Positions 19,097-29,312 of a stretch of 64,000 nucleotides of DNA are shown in pieces. The notes beneath the pieces were generated by a model. That model searched no databases. It was given only the letters and a program-made list of their open reading frames with translations, and had not been told where the DNA came from. This DNA is from Spirochaetia bacterium (GTDB taxonomy: Bacteria > Spirochaetota > Spirochaetia > UBA9216), in the NCBI GenBank assembly GCA_965140585.1, contig OZ223265.1, positions 128,001-192,000 of the forward strand. Reading direction: 5' to 3'. Numbering within the stretch: position 1 is the stretch's first letter; every line of letters starts with the position of its first letter. The translations under genes and the position numbers were made by a program.

Positions 19097-20221
19097 TTAT
19101 AAATCTGAAAGTGCTATCGGCTCTGGACTTGAATCTTCTCCCTGAACAGATGCAAACTGTTTCAGAAGATCCTTTGCCTGCGAACCGAGCTTGGCAGGGG
19201 TTTGTACAATTATTTTTATATACATGTCACCCTTCCTACTTTTATTCTGAACGTAGGGTATACCTTCATTCTTAAGTCTGAGCATTTTACCAGTCTGTGT
19301 TCCTGCAGGAATTTTTAGTTTTATTCTCTTTTCTTCAAGATTTTTAACAAAAACTTCAGCGCCAAGAGCTGCCTGAGTAAAGGTAATGGGAAGCGCACAG
19401 TAAACGTTGTTTGCATCCCTCTCAAAATACTTATGCGGCTTTATCTTAATATACACATAGAGGTCTCCTGTTCTGCCGCCGTTAGGAGCCGCATCACCCT
19501 GACCTGGAATTGATATCCTTTTGCCGTTTTCAATTCCCGCCGGGATTGTAACCTTTATTTTCTGAGTCTTTCTTGAAAGTCCGCTTCCGTGACAGGCAGT
19601 ACAGGGATTTTCAATAATATGCCCTTCACCGCCGCAGGTATGACATGGAGAAGCGATAGAAAAGAAACCGGAATTTCTCCGGACCTGACCGGTACCACCG
19701 CATGTTGGACAGACCTTTCTGCCGGTTCCTGCTGCCGCACCTGAACCGCTGCAGGTCTTACAGGCAACATCCCTTGTATAACTGATTTCGACATTTGTAC
19801 CGAATACAGCATCCTTGAAAGATATTTCGAGATTATACCTGAGATCAGAGCCCCTGGGTACACCACCTCCGCCGCTGCGGCTTCTGCCGCCTCCGCCGAA
19901 GAAGGAATCAAATATACCGCCCATTCCGCCGAAAATGTCTTCAAAATCATGAAAAACTGTCGAGTAGTCATGACCGCCTCCGGGACTGTTAACCCCGTCA
20001 ACACCGGCAAACCCGAACTGGTCATAAGCTGCCTTTTTCTTGTCATCACTCAGAACTTCATAAGCTTCGGTCGCTTCTTTGAATTTCTCTTCAGCTTCTG
20101 CATTTCCTGCATTTTTATCAGGATGAAACTGTATTGCAAGTTTTCTGTATGCCTTTTTAATTTCATCTTTACTTGAGCTCTTGTCTACTCCAAGAACCTC
20201 ATAATAATCTCTCTTTGCCAA
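19097..20221 (-). CDS. dnaJ: Chaperone DnaJ
   Basis: J domain with HPD, G/F region, four CxxCxGxG repeats. Confidence 0.98.
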   Translation of the reverse strand: MAKRDYYEVLGVDKSSSKDEIKKAYRKLAIQFHPDKNAGNAEAEEKFKEATEAYEVLSDDKKKAAYDQFGFAGVDGVNSPGGGHDYSTVFHDFEDIFGGMGGIFDSFFGGGGRSRSGGGGVPRGSDLRYNLEISFKDAVFGTNVEISYTRDVACKTCSGSGAAAGTGRKVCPTCGGTGQVRRNSGFFSIASPCHTCGGEGHIIENPCTACHGSGLSRKTQKIKVTIPAGIENGKRISIPGQGDAAPNGGRTGDLYVYIKIKPHKYFERDANNVYCALPITFTQAALGAEVFVKNLEEKRIKLKIPAGTQTGKMLRLKNEGIPYVQNKSRKGDMYIKIIVQTPAKLGSQAKDLLKQFASVQGEDSSPEPIALSDL

Positions 20222-20269
20222 ATTACTAACCCTGTACTGATGCTGATTGTTCTAGCTCATATTGCAGTA

Positions 20270-20301
20270 AAGCGCAAATCCCCGAAACGGGGATTGCGCT
20301 T
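20270..20301 (-). terminator. Strong hairpin between dnaK and dnaJ (partial terminator or stabiliser)
   Basis: AAGCGCAAATCCCCG/CGGGGATTGCGCTT inverted repeat with only a short U tail. Confidence 0.6.
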
Positions 20302-20335
20302 GATATTTGAATATATAGTTTCTGATGTAAAATTA

Positions 20336-22270
20336 TTATTTACTATCCTCATCATCTACAACTTCAAAATCTACATCATCTACACTGCCGCTCTTGGGAG
20401 CTTCATCCTGCGCCTGCTGAGCACCTGCTTCTGCACCCGGGGCAGCTTCACCCTGCTGTGCCTGAGCACCTGCAGCTTTATAAATCTCTTCAGCAAGTTT
20501 GTGTGATGCAGTTTTAAGGGCTTCAACCTTTTCCTTCATCTGCTCCACATCACCGGCTGAAAGAGCAGCTTTCAGCTCTTCAAGTGCTTTTTCAATATTA
20601 GCCTTATCTTCATCTGTTACCTTGTCACCGTAATCCTTCAGTGATTTTTCTGTTGAATAAACAAGTGTCTCAGCTTCATTTTTGACTTCAGCTTTTTCTT
20701 TCTCTTTCTTGTCTGCTTCTGCATTCAGCTCAGCATCCTTAACCATTTTCTCAATTTCAGCCTCTGAGAGTCCTGATGAAGATTCAATTCTAATCTTCTG
20801 CTCTTTACCGGTTCCAAGATCCTTTGCAGATACGTGTACAATACCGTTTGCATCAATATCAAAGGCAACTTCAATCTGAGGAACGCCTCTTGGAGCTGAC
20901 GGAATACCTACCAGGTCAAACTTACCGAGAGTTCTATTCTGTGCAGCCATTTCACGCTCACCCTGAAGTACGTGTATTGATACTGCGGTCTGATTATCTG
21001 CTGCTGTTGAGAAAATCTGACTCTTTCTTGTAGGAATAGTAGTATTCCTTTCAATCAGCTTTGTTGAGACTCCGCCAAGAGTTTCAATACCAAGTGAAAG
21101 CGGAGTAACATCAAGAAGAAGAACATCTTTAACATCACCGCCGAGAATACCGCCCTGAATTGCAGCACCCATTGCTACAACTTCATCAGGATTAACTCCC
21201 CTGTTAGGTTCTTTACCGAAAATCTGTTTAACCATTTCCTGAACAGCAGGGATACGTGTAGAACCGCCTACAAGGATAACCTCATCAATTTCAGAAGCTG
21301 AAAGACCTGCATCCTTGATTGCATTAATACACGGCTGCTTTGTCCTTTCAACAAGCGATAAAGTCATCTGATCAAACTGTGCTCTGGACAGGTTGTACTG
21401 AAGGTGCTTGGGACCTGATGCATCCGCTGTAATGAACGGAAGGTTGATATCTGTACTCTGTCTTGAAGAGAGCTCAATTTTAGCCTTCTCGGCTGCCTCT
21501 TTAAGCCTCTGAAGCGCCATTTTATCCTTTGAAAGGTCAATAGACTGATCTTTTTTGAAAGAATCAATAAGCCAGTCAATAACTGCCTGGTCGAAGTTAT
21601 CACCGCCAAGATGTGTATCACCGTTGGTTGATTTAACTTCAAAAACACCGTCACCGAGTTCAAGAATTGAAATATCAAAAGTACCGCCGCCAAGGTCGTA
21701 TACTGCTATTTTCTCATCTTTGGTTTCACGCCCGAGTCCGTATGCAAGTGAAGCTGCAGTTGGTTCGTTAACAATCCTCTTAACCTCAAGACCTGCAATC
21801 TTACCGGCATCCTTTGTAGCCTGTCTCTGTGCATCATTAAAATATGCTGGAACAGTAATAACTGCTTCACTTACAGTTTCACCAAGGTAGTCTTCAGCTG
21901 TTTTCTTCATCTTCTGAAGAATTGCAGCAGAAATCTCAGGCGGTGAATAATGTTTACCTCTTGAGTCAACACGGATTTCACCGCTTGAACCTTCAACAAG
22001 ATTGTAAGGAATCATTTTAACTTCAGAGGGGACCTCTGAATATTTCCTTCCCATAAACCGTTTGATAGAGTAAATAGTATTTTCAGGGTTTGTAACCATC
22101 TGGTTTTTAGCCGGCTGACCAACGAGTCTTTCTTCCTTATCGGTGAAAGCTACAATAGAGGGGGTTGTCCTCTGACCTTCTGAGTTCTGAATTACTACAG
22201 GCTCACCGCCTTCCATTACTGCAACACATGAATTAGTTGTTCCAAGGTCTATTCCGATTATTCTTCCCAT
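20336..22270 (-). CDS. dnaK: Chaperone DnaK
   Basis: [25 protein letters not shown]. Confidence 0.99.
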   Translation of the reverse strand: MGRIIGIDLGTTNSCVAVMEGGEPVVIQNSEGQRTTPSIVAFTDKEERLVGQPAKNQMVTNPENTIYSIKRFMGRKYSEVPSEVKMIPYNLVEGSSGEIRVDSRGKHYSPPEISAAILQKMKKTAEDYLGETVSEAVITVPAYFNDAQRQATKDAGKIAGLEVKRIVNEPTAASLAYGLGRETKDEKIAVYDLGGGTFDISILELGDGVFEVKSTNGDTHLGGDNFDQAVIDWLIDSFKKDQSIDLSKDKMALQRLKEAAEKAKIELSSRQSTDINLPFITADASGPKHLQYNLSRAQFDQMTLSLVERTKQPCINAIKDAGLSASEIDEVILVGGSTRIPAVQEMVKQIFGKEPNRGVNPDEVVAMGAAIQGGILGGDVKDVLLLDVTPLSLGIETLGGVSTKLIERNTTIPTRKSQIFSTAADNQTAVSIHVLQGEREMAAQNRTLGKFDLVGIPSAPRGVPQIEVAFDIDANGIVHVSAKDLGTGKEQKIRIESSSGLSEAEIEKMVKDAELNAEADKKEKEKAEVKNEAETLVYSTEKSLKDYGDKVTDEDKANIEKALEELKAALSAGDVEQMKEKVEALKTASHKLAEEIYKAAGAQAQQGEAAPGAEAGAQQAQDEAPKSGSVDDVDFEVVDDEDSK

Positions 22271-22298
22271 ATTATTATCTCCTTTTTAGGTGCTTTTC

Positions 22299-22961
22299 TT
22301 ATTCAGTTTGTTTTTCAACAGGTTTACTAACCTTAACTTTAGCATGCCGTACAACACGGTCATGAAGGGTGTATCCTTTCATATAATCTTCAAGAACAGT
22401 CTGAGTATCATAATCACCGTTCTCTTCCATCATAAGAGCTTCATGCCTTTCCGGATTGAACTCTTCACCGGCACTGTCGAAGCGTTTCAGGCCCCAGTTC
22501 GATTCAAGCATTCCAACCATCTGTTTTTCAATGATTTCAATACCGCTGTACAGTTTTTCAAAATCTTCAGATTCTTTACCTGACTGCAAAGCCCTCTCAA
22601 AATCATCAATAACAGAGATTAGATCAATCAGAAGCTGCGAATTAGCATAACGAATTGAATCTTCCTTATCCCGGATCATTCTCTTGCGAAAATTATCAAA
22701 ATCAGCCTGCTTTCGCAGATACTGGTCTTTTAACTCCGCAAGATCAGCATCCAGCTTCTCATTAGCAGCTTTCAGCTCTTCTAATTCCTTATCATGCTTC
22801 TTTTTTGATTTAGAAGCGCTTTTCTTCTCATCACCAGACTTTACTTCTTCTGATGCTGTTTCCGGCCCCTCAGTACCGGCCGTAGTCACATCCGCATCGG
22901 CTGCAGTATTTTCTTCTTTTACCTCTTTTTCAGCCTCTGCCTGTTCACTCTTTTCCGCCAT
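22299..22961 (-). CDS. grpE: Nucleotide exchange factor GrpE
   Basis: ADFDNFRKR, FNPERHEA, GYTLHDRVVRHAKV. Confidence 0.96.
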   Translation of the reverse strand: MAEKSEQAEAEKEVKEENTAADADVTTAGTEGPETASEEVKSGDEKKSASKSKKKHDKELEELKAANEKLDADLAELKDQYLRKQADFDNFRKRMIRDKEDSIRYANSQLLIDLISVIDDFERALQSGKESEDFEKLYSGIEIIEKQMVGMLESNWGLKRFDSAGEEFNPERHEALMMEENGDYDTQTVLEDYMKGYTLHDRVVRHAKVKVSKPVEKQTE

Positions 22962-23043
22962 ATATATCCTCTAACCGTACATATAGAGAACCCCTGTCAG
23001 TTTCTGATAGAGATTCTCATTAAATTAGCAAATCCTTGTCTAT

Positions 23044-23072
23044 AAAATAATAATACCGTATGTAGGCGTCAA
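23044..23072 (-). promoter_or_regulatory. Putative sigma70 promoter of grpE-dnaK-dnaJ
   Basis: TTGACG-17 bp-TATTTT. Confidence 0.5.
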
Positions 23073-26000
23073 CTATTTTTTGGGCTGAAGTTCAAGAATG
23101 AGTTCAACTTCTCCCCTGGCAAGCTTGGTAGAACGTGCAATCTGCTCTACTGTCCAGCCCTGATGTGCAAGTTTTATAACTACATCCCTGATTTCCATGG
23201 GAGGAGCCCCACCTCCGCGTGTTTTTGAAGCAGAATCCTTCACAAGAGTGCCCAGAAGCCTTACCTGATCCTGAGCCTGCTTGTTTACATCCTCAAGCCT
23301 TGTCTCTATTCCGGCAAGCCATTCGCGGGCCTTCTGCATTCGATCCATCCTGTCTTCAAGATCGGAAATAACAGTATCTATACCTTCAATCTGCTCTATG
23401 GCAGTATCTATCTGTTTCTTGTTCTTTGATAGGAAATCAATTCTCCGGGTAAGTTCATCGAGTCTTGATGACATAGGCGAACTCTTTTCCTGGATAACGC
23501 TTATCAGATGGTCCAGCTCATTAAGCTGTTTGAAGCTTCTGTCAACACCGTCGATAGTTGAATCAACGATAGATTCTTTCTTCTTGAGTCGCTCATAACG
23601 GCCTTCAACCTCTGACTGCAGACCATCAAGTTCCCTCAGTTTTGCCTGTATAAGCTGCAGCGAATCATCGGCAGTAGTAACCTGTGCAAGTTTTGAGTCA
23701 ACCGACTGACTTATTGAAAGGAGCTTTGTAAAATCTTCATCAAGCTCTTCAATTTTACGCTTATCAGCTGCAAATTTGGCCATTTTTGCTGATATATCAT
23801 CAGCCTGTTTTTTAATAAGTGCAAATTTCTTCTCAGCTTCTCTTATTTCCTGAGCTTGGTTGGTCACACGGAGGATTTCATCCTTCAGAGCATCAATACC
23901 ACCCTCAAGAGATTCCTTCATTGAATCAGCACGCTCAAAGATTTTTGTCTGTGCAATAAAACTTTTCTGCTGTTTATCAATTTCGGAAACAGTAAAGGAC
24001 AGTTCTTTTGTCTGTTCATCTATCTTTTCATACATCCGCTTGGTTGCAAGGGTAAAATTCTCACTTATTTCAGAAGATCTCTCCTCAAAAGTTCTCATCT
24101 GCTGCTCAAGTTCATTCTGAAATTCACGGCTGCGTTTCTGAATGTCCGTTGAAACATTATCAAACTCATCTCTTTGAGTCGAAAGGGCCTCGCGGATTTC
24201 AGATATCCGTTCAGATGATTCAGAACGCATACCGGCATACTGCTCGAGAATACCGTTCTCGATATCCTGAATCTGCCGCAACAGCCTGGACTGCCACAAC
24301 TCAAGTTCTGCCTTCCGGGCTTCGACAGACTCGCTGAGTTTTTCTGTTTCGGCAGACATAGCCGCTTCAACACTGCTTAAATTCTCCTCAGCTTCCCGTC
24401 TTACACGGTTCATGCCTTCATTAAGTGAATCGCGGACCTTGTCCATTTCGGCGGCGATAAGCTCTTCAGATTCTCTTCTGCCGCTTTCCATCTGATTCTG
24501 GATATCAGCCTTTGAACGCTCAACAAGCTCGTCCACAGATCCCATCTTTGCGCTGATGGTATCCGCGTATTCTAAAAGCTGATGTTCATAGCCCCTGAAC
24601 CGTTCTGCAGTACTCTCACGAAGACCGGCAACTCCGGCAGCAAGCTCTTCAACATACTCGGCTTCCATAGATGAGCGTGCGGCAGAATGTTCCTGTGCAA
24701 GAGTTTCCAGCTTTTCATTAATAGACTCCTGCCATTCTGTAAACTGTGTGGTCATCTGGCTGCTGCGCTGACGCAGATCATCAAAAAAGCCGTCTTCAAA
24801 TTCTCGCAGACCGGCTGAAACATTATCGTAGGCACGGGTCTTGAGCTCGTTTATCTCCTGTTCAAGAGCATTTATAACTTCTCTGGTCTGAGCAACCTGA
24901 TCTTTAATTTCACGCTCACTGCCGCTCCAGAAAGATTCCATCTGCCGTTGTATGCCGGTAAAGTTCTCATTTACCGCATCAACAGATTTATCAACCATCA
25001 GCTTGAGGTTCTGTTCAAGGGTATCAATATCAGAGGTAACATCCTCAATCCTGGAAAGTTTATAGGCTAGAGATTCCTCAAAATCAGTAAGCTGCTTTTC
25101 CTTCTCCCCTACGAGAGATATGAGCTCATCCATCCTGCCGTTGAATTTACTGCTTAATTCTGTACTGCGGTCATCAACTGAAGCAAGAAATCCCGTTCTG
25201 ACCTCTTCCAGTCTGCTATCCAGCGACTTCCGGTAGGAAGCTGCTGTATTTTCAATACTCTGGGCCATCTTCTCATAACGGGAATTTACCTCGTCCGACA
25301 TATCCTGATCTTTGGCAAGAAGTTCCTGAATCTGAGCCTCAATTTCAGTTTTAAATGAATTGAACTGCTGTGAAGCAGCCTCAGCGCCGTCATCAAACTC
25401 TTTCTTAAGTTTAGCCTTCCAGACTGCAATCTGAGACTGACCTTCTCCAAATGAAGATTCAATATGATTCTTGTATACAACAGTTTCTTTTTTTATAGAC
25501 TCAAGAGAAGCAGTAATATCTTTTCTTGCATCATTTGCCTTGGAATCGATATAGGTTTTAAGACTGATAAATACATCATCTTCGAGCTTCTTGGCTTTTT
25601 CTGCAGCGTCCTTGAGGTTTTTCTGGTACTCTTCTTCAAGAGTATTAACATTATCCTTAAAATCAACAAGTTTATTATTCAGCAGCTCTCCAATCTGATC
25701 GATGTGAGTCCTGAATTTCTGTTCGGAAGCTTCCAGCTGATGATTGATATCACTTTTCTTTTTGTCGGCCGATTCGATATACCCTTCCAGAGTAGTAGAG
25801 AAGTCATGCATTATGGTTTTTACCTGTTCATCCGTGTCGGAAAGGACTTTGTCAAGCTTCATATCAACCTGACTCATCACCTCTTCTGCGGCATTATCCC
25901 GTCGGTTCTCAAGATCAGTCATATAAGCACTGAATTCATCAACACGATCCGAACTGCGGTCAACATTGTCCATAATAGAGGAAATTTGACGCTCCACTCC

Positions 26001-26522
26001 TGCCATTACTTCAATTCGAAGCTGTTCCAGAGATTTTTCATTTTCCACTGCGAATTTACTGTTCAGTTCAGGTATATTTTTTTCAAGCTGACTGACCCGA
26101 ATCTGAGCGTCTTTCAGCCTTTTTCCTACCTTATCAACAAATTCAGACTCCTGATGAAGCCGCTGCAGGTTTTCATCCACCTTTCCGGTCATTCCGATCA
26201 GCTGGTTGAGAACCTTGTCGTATTCATTAATTCTGTTATTTATTTCGTCGATTGTACGGGCCTTATCACTGAAACCGTCTTCAACAGCCTTGATTCGTTT
26301 AAGCACTTCCTTTCCGGCTTTCTGATGAACATCTATCTCTATTGCAAGGTTTTTCATATCCTGAGTTTTTGAATCCACAAAGGAATCGAGATCTGAAGTA
26401 ACCTTTTCAGCATATCTTCTAATCTTATCAAGAGATCTGTTATTTCTGTCGAATTGCCTGTAAAGCGCAAGTATAGTCAATACTATAAGTATTGTGATTA
26501 TGTTACCGATTGAGAATAACAT
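23073..26522 (-). CDS. Large membrane-anchored coiled-coil protein (spirochete SpiroCoCo-like) with C-terminal HTH-like tip
   Basis: N-terminal TM plus DRNNRSLDKIRRY, about 1050 aa of heptad-rich sequence, C-terminal QGWTVEQIARSTKLARGEVELILE. Confidence 0.8.
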   Translation of the reverse strand: MLFSIGNIITILIVLTILALYRQFDRNNRSLDKIRRYAEKVTSDLDSFVDSKTQDMKNLAIEIDVHQKAGKEVLKRIKAVEDGFSDKARTIDEINNRINEYDKVLNQLIGMTGKVDENLQRLHQESEFVDKVGKRLKDAQIRVSQLEKNIPELNSKFAVENEKSLEQLRIEVMAGVERQISSIMDNVDRSSDRVDEFSAYMTDLENRRDNAAEEVMSQVDMKLDKVLSDTDEQVKTIMHDFSTTLEGYIESADKKKSDINHQLEASEQKFRTHIDQIGELLNNKLVDFKDNVNTLEEEYQKNLKDAAEKAKKLEDDVFISLKTYIDSKANDARKDITASLESIKKETVVYKNHIESSFGEGQSQIAVWKAKLKKEFDDGAEAASQQFNSFKTEIEAQIQELLAKDQDMSDEVNSRYEKMAQSIENTAASYRKSLDSRLEEVRTGFLASVDDRSTELSSKFNGRMDELISLVGEKEKQLTDFEESLAYKLSRIEDVTSDIDTLEQNLKLMVDKSVDAVNENFTGIQRQMESFWSGSEREIKDQVAQTREVINALEQEINELKTRAYDNVSAGLREFEDGFFDDLRQRSSQMTTQFTEWQESINEKLETLAQEHSAARSSMEAEYVEELAAGVAGLRESTAERFRGYEHQLLEYADTISAKMGSVDELVERSKADIQNQMESGRRESEELIAAEMDKVRDSLNEGMNRVRREAEENLSSVEAAMSAETEKLSESVEARKAELELWQSRLLRQIQDIENGILEQYAGMRSESSERISEIREALSTQRDEFDNVSTDIQKRSREFQNELEQQMRTFEERSSEISENFTLATKRMYEKIDEQTKELSFTVSEIDKQQKSFIAQTKIFERADSMKESLEGGIDALKDEILRVTNQAQEIREAEKKFALIKKQADDISAKMAKFAADKRKIEELDEDFTKLLSISQSVDSKLAQVTTADDSLQLIQAKLRELDGLQSEVEGRYERLKKKESIVDSTIDGVDRSFKQLNELDHLISVIQEKSSPMSSRLDELTRRIDFLSKNKKQIDTAIEQIEGIDTVISDLEDRMDRMQKAREWLAGIETRLEDVNKQAQDQVRLLGTLVKDSASKTRGGGAPPMEIRDVVIKLAHQGWTVEQIARSTKLARGEVELILELQPKK

Positions 26523-26585
26523 AGCCCCCCCAGTTTTTTGCTATATTTCTCTATTTTTTAATCTTCTACCAGTTTAGCATTATTG

Positions 26586-27248
26586 TCAACGTTTTTCCAG
26601 CCGGCACAGGTATTGATATAGTTCGCTGTATCTCCCGAAAGTTATATCAGCAATAGAGTTATCTTTCTTTTTCAAACTGAAATGTGCTGTCTTCATCCCA
26701 ACCGCTGCGGCACCTTCAACATCCTTGCTGTATGAGTTTCCGACATAAAGAATTTCTTCCGGTTTTACACCCAGCCTCTCTGCCAGAAGAAGAAAGGATT
26801 CGGGATGAGGCTTCAGGTAGCCGGTTTCCTCTGAAGTAAATTCACAGTCCCAGTAACCGTCAAGCCCGAGATATTTAAGCTTATTCTGAACCGGAAAATC
26901 AGAGAGTGCACCAAGGCCCAGACCAAGCTCCTTAATTTTTTCAAGAGTCTGTCTAACACCCTTAACAGGTCTTATGCATTTGAAGGTCTCTTCCCAGTCT
27001 TTGTAAAGGCGCTTCTCAATCATTGCTTCAACTCGATCTTCAGGTATTCCCATCGAAGCGGAGATTAGCGATGTCTGAACCTTCCGGAAATCATCAATCG
27101 GTCTGATATTCCTGATTTCTTTGCGGGCCTTACTGAAGTGAGAGACAAGTACAGGGTGCTTGATAAATGACGGTGTGCTGCATATATACATCATCATATT
27201 TCGATACAGAGTACCGTCTATGTCGAATCCGACTGCTTTAATTTCCAT
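26586..27248 (-). CDS. HAD-family hydrolase
   Basis: FDIDGTL, KPHP, YVGNSYSKDVEGA. Confidence 0.9.
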   Translation of the reverse strand: MEIKAVGFDIDGTLYRNMMMYICSTPSFIKHPVLVSHFSKARKEIRNIRPIDDFRKVQTSLISASMGIPEDRVEAMIEKRLYKDWEETFKCIRPVKGVRQTLEKIKELGLGLGALSDFPVQNKLKYLGLDGYWDCEFTSEETGYLKPHPESFLLLAERLGVKPEEILYVGNSYSKDVEGAAAVGMKTAHFSLKKKDNSIADITFGRYSELYQYLCRLEKR

Positions 27249-27258
27249 GGGGCTTATT

Positions 27259-28278
27259 CTACTTTGTTTCTATAACATATGTAAGAGTTGCACGAACTTT
27301 TTCTTCAGAGGATTGCCCTCTGGCAGGCTCAAACTGCCACTTTCGCAAAGCTGCCTGTACGGCAGAATCCAATATAGAGTTACCTGAGGGTTGTAGTATT
27401 TGAAAGCTGCTTGTATAACCCTCTGCATTAACCAGGAAAGTGATTCTAAGAGTATATTTAGGTGTGCCGGCGGTTTTAATATCTTCAGGAATTTCAGGCT
27501 GAGCCCTTGGTTCTATTACCTTCCGCTGTATCGAAGGATCATCAAAAATGATCAGTGCAGGCCCATTATTAGTCATAGCAGGGGCACTTCCGACAGCTCC
27601 CGTTGAATTCGATACAGACTCAGAATTGGAGGATGAATTCGTATTCTGACTACTCAGCCTTTCATCAAGATTTGCCAGGACATCTGAACCGAGTATGGAA
27701 GTCTCAGAAGGTACGTTCTCTGCCGACTGAAGAGTTGTCTGCGATTCAACCGGGACATCAGAATACTCTACATAGCTACCTGCTCCTCCGGCTGCAGCTG
27801 TATTACTTTCCGGGGTTGTTGCAGGAACTGAGTCGGATCCGCTGCCCCAAATCCTGCTTAAATCCACGTTTCCTGAAGAGTTTGTTCGTGACTGAATTGA
27901 TGAAATAATATCCTCATCAGCACTTGAGGCAGTATAAGTCCGGGATTCGGTTGTACTCTTTGCCGGAGAAGTTCTCTGAACCGGAACCGGCTGCGGTTCC
28001 GGCGCGACAGTCTTTTCAGGAGGAAGAGCCTCTGCCTGATTCACCTGTTCTGCCTCGGAGGGACTCTGCTGAGGGGCAGTCTCCTCAAGATTTTTCTGTT
28101 CAGGCTCTGCCGGCTTATCCTTAACCGGAAGCTGCTCAAGGCTCACCTCAAGCGGACCATATTCTCTGGGAGGAGTAAAATCAAGGGTATTCATACCGAT
28201 GAGTACAAATGCTGCTGCATGAATAAGCAGCGCAGCACTTACGCTTGTAAGCATCCGTTTATTTTCAGCTGTCATCAC
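27259..28278 (-). CDS. TonB-family energy transducer
   Basis: N-terminal TM with SxxxxxH, P/E/S-rich linker, C-terminal SGNSILDSAVQAALRKWQFEP. Confidence 0.85.
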   Translation of the reverse strand: MMTAENKRMLTSVSAALLIHAAAFVLIGMNTLDFTPPREYGPLEVSLEQLPVKDKPAEPEQKNLEETAPQQSPSEAEQVNQAEALPPEKTVAPEPQPVPVQRTSPAKSTTESRTYTASSADEDIISSIQSRTNSSGNVDLSRIWGSGSDSVPATTPESNTAAAGGAGSYVEYSDVPVESQTTLQSAENVPSETSILGSDVLANLDERLSSQNTNSSSNSESVSNSTGAVGSAPAMTNNGPALIIFDDPSIQRKVIEPRAQPEIPEDIKTAGTPKYTLRITFLVNAEGYTSSFQILQPSGNSILDSAVQAALRKWQFEPARGQSSEEKVRATLTYVIETK

Positions 28279-28691
28279 TGCGATTCCTGCGGTGTCCTCA
28301 TCTTAAGATTAATTCCGTTAAAACCGTACATTCTTAGCGAATCAAGGACATTTACAAGCAGTTCATAGGATACGGTTTCATCCCCCTCTATTACAACTGC
28401 ACTAAGGTCACTCTTCTGTTCTTCAGTAACTTCAGATAAAGCTGTTCTCAATCCTGTCAGGTTATAAACATCCTTGTTGAGGTATATTTCATTTTCTGAA
28501 ACGACAGAAACCACCATTCTGGTCATGGTAACCGATTCGGCGGTTGATGATTCGGGAAGATTGATTGATATTCCGGGCGTCTGCAGAAAAGTGCTTGAAA
28601 CCATAAAGAAGATTACAAGCTGAAATACCACATCAATCATAGGCACAAGATCAGCCTTGACTGAGGGACTCAGACGTCTTCTAAAATGCAT
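28275..28691 (-). CDS. exbD: ExbD/TolR-family protein
   Basis: LVPMIDVVFQLVIFFMV, INLP, IEGDETVSY. Confidence 0.92.
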   Translation of the reverse strand: MHFRRRLSPSVKADLVPMIDVVFQLVIFFMVSSTFLQTPGISINLPESSTAESVTMTRMVVSVVSENEIYLNKDVYNLTGLRTALSEVTEEQKSDLSAVVIEGDETVSYELLVNVLDSLRMYGFNGINLKMRTPQESQ

Positions 28692-29298
28692 TATCTTTTC
28701 CTTTCAGCAGAAGCACCAGTTCATTTACACTGTTTTCCATCCTGAGAATGATATTATTCACCCTGTTAACCAGATGGTTGTAAAAAACCGTTGCCGGAAT
28801 TGATACGATTAGTCCTGCTGCCGTTGTAAACAGAGCCTCTGAGATCCCCGAAGCAAGCATTGAAAAATCTCCAAGGGCTCCGACAGAGCCGAGCAGACCG
28901 AAGGCCTTGATATTTCCGGTAACGGTTCCCAGAAGACCCAGCAGCGGCGCAATATGCGCGATAGTTCCGAGTGCTGAAAGATATTTTTCGAGCCTTGGAA
29001 CTTCCATATTGGCAGCACCCATAATCGATTCTTTAATCTCTGACTGCGAATAATGTCTGTGCTCGATACCGACCTTCATAAGGTTGGCAACCGGGGAGGG
29101 ATCACTTTCACAAATAGCAATAGCCTCATAAAAATGATTCTGTTCGAGAGCTCCCCGGAGATTGGCTATAACCTTCTCTTCATCACTTTTAATTCTTCTG
29201 AAAAACAGAAGTCTTTCTATTATAATAACAGCGGCAATTACGGAAAGGATCAGAATAACAATCATCACCGGGCCGCCCTTTTCAATCAGAACAAACAT
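28681..29298 (-). CDS. exbB: ExbB/TolQ/MotA-family proton channel
   Basis: APLLGLLGTVTG, GISEALFTTAAGL. Confidence 0.92.
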   Translation of the reverse strand: MFVLIEKGGPVMIVILILSVIAAVIIIERLLFFRRIKSDEEKVIANLRGALEQNHFYEAIAICESDPSPVANLMKVGIEHRHYSQSEIKESIMGAANMEVPRLEKYLSALGTIAHIAPLLGLLGTVTGNIKAFGLLGSVGALGDFSMLASGISEALFTTAAGLIVSIPATVFYNHLVNRVNNIILRMENSVNELVLLLKGKDNAF

Positions 29299-29312
29299 AT
29301 TTCCTCCAGATA

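Noticed and set aside
23020-23050. Possible CIRCE operator upstream of grpE
   Set aside because: Only a TTAGCA half-site; no TTAGCACTC-N9-GAGTGCTAA match and no hrcA in the window
25464-26372. 302-aa plus-strand ORF
   Set aside because: Antisense shadow of the coiled-coil gene; F/I/L-rich with no motifs
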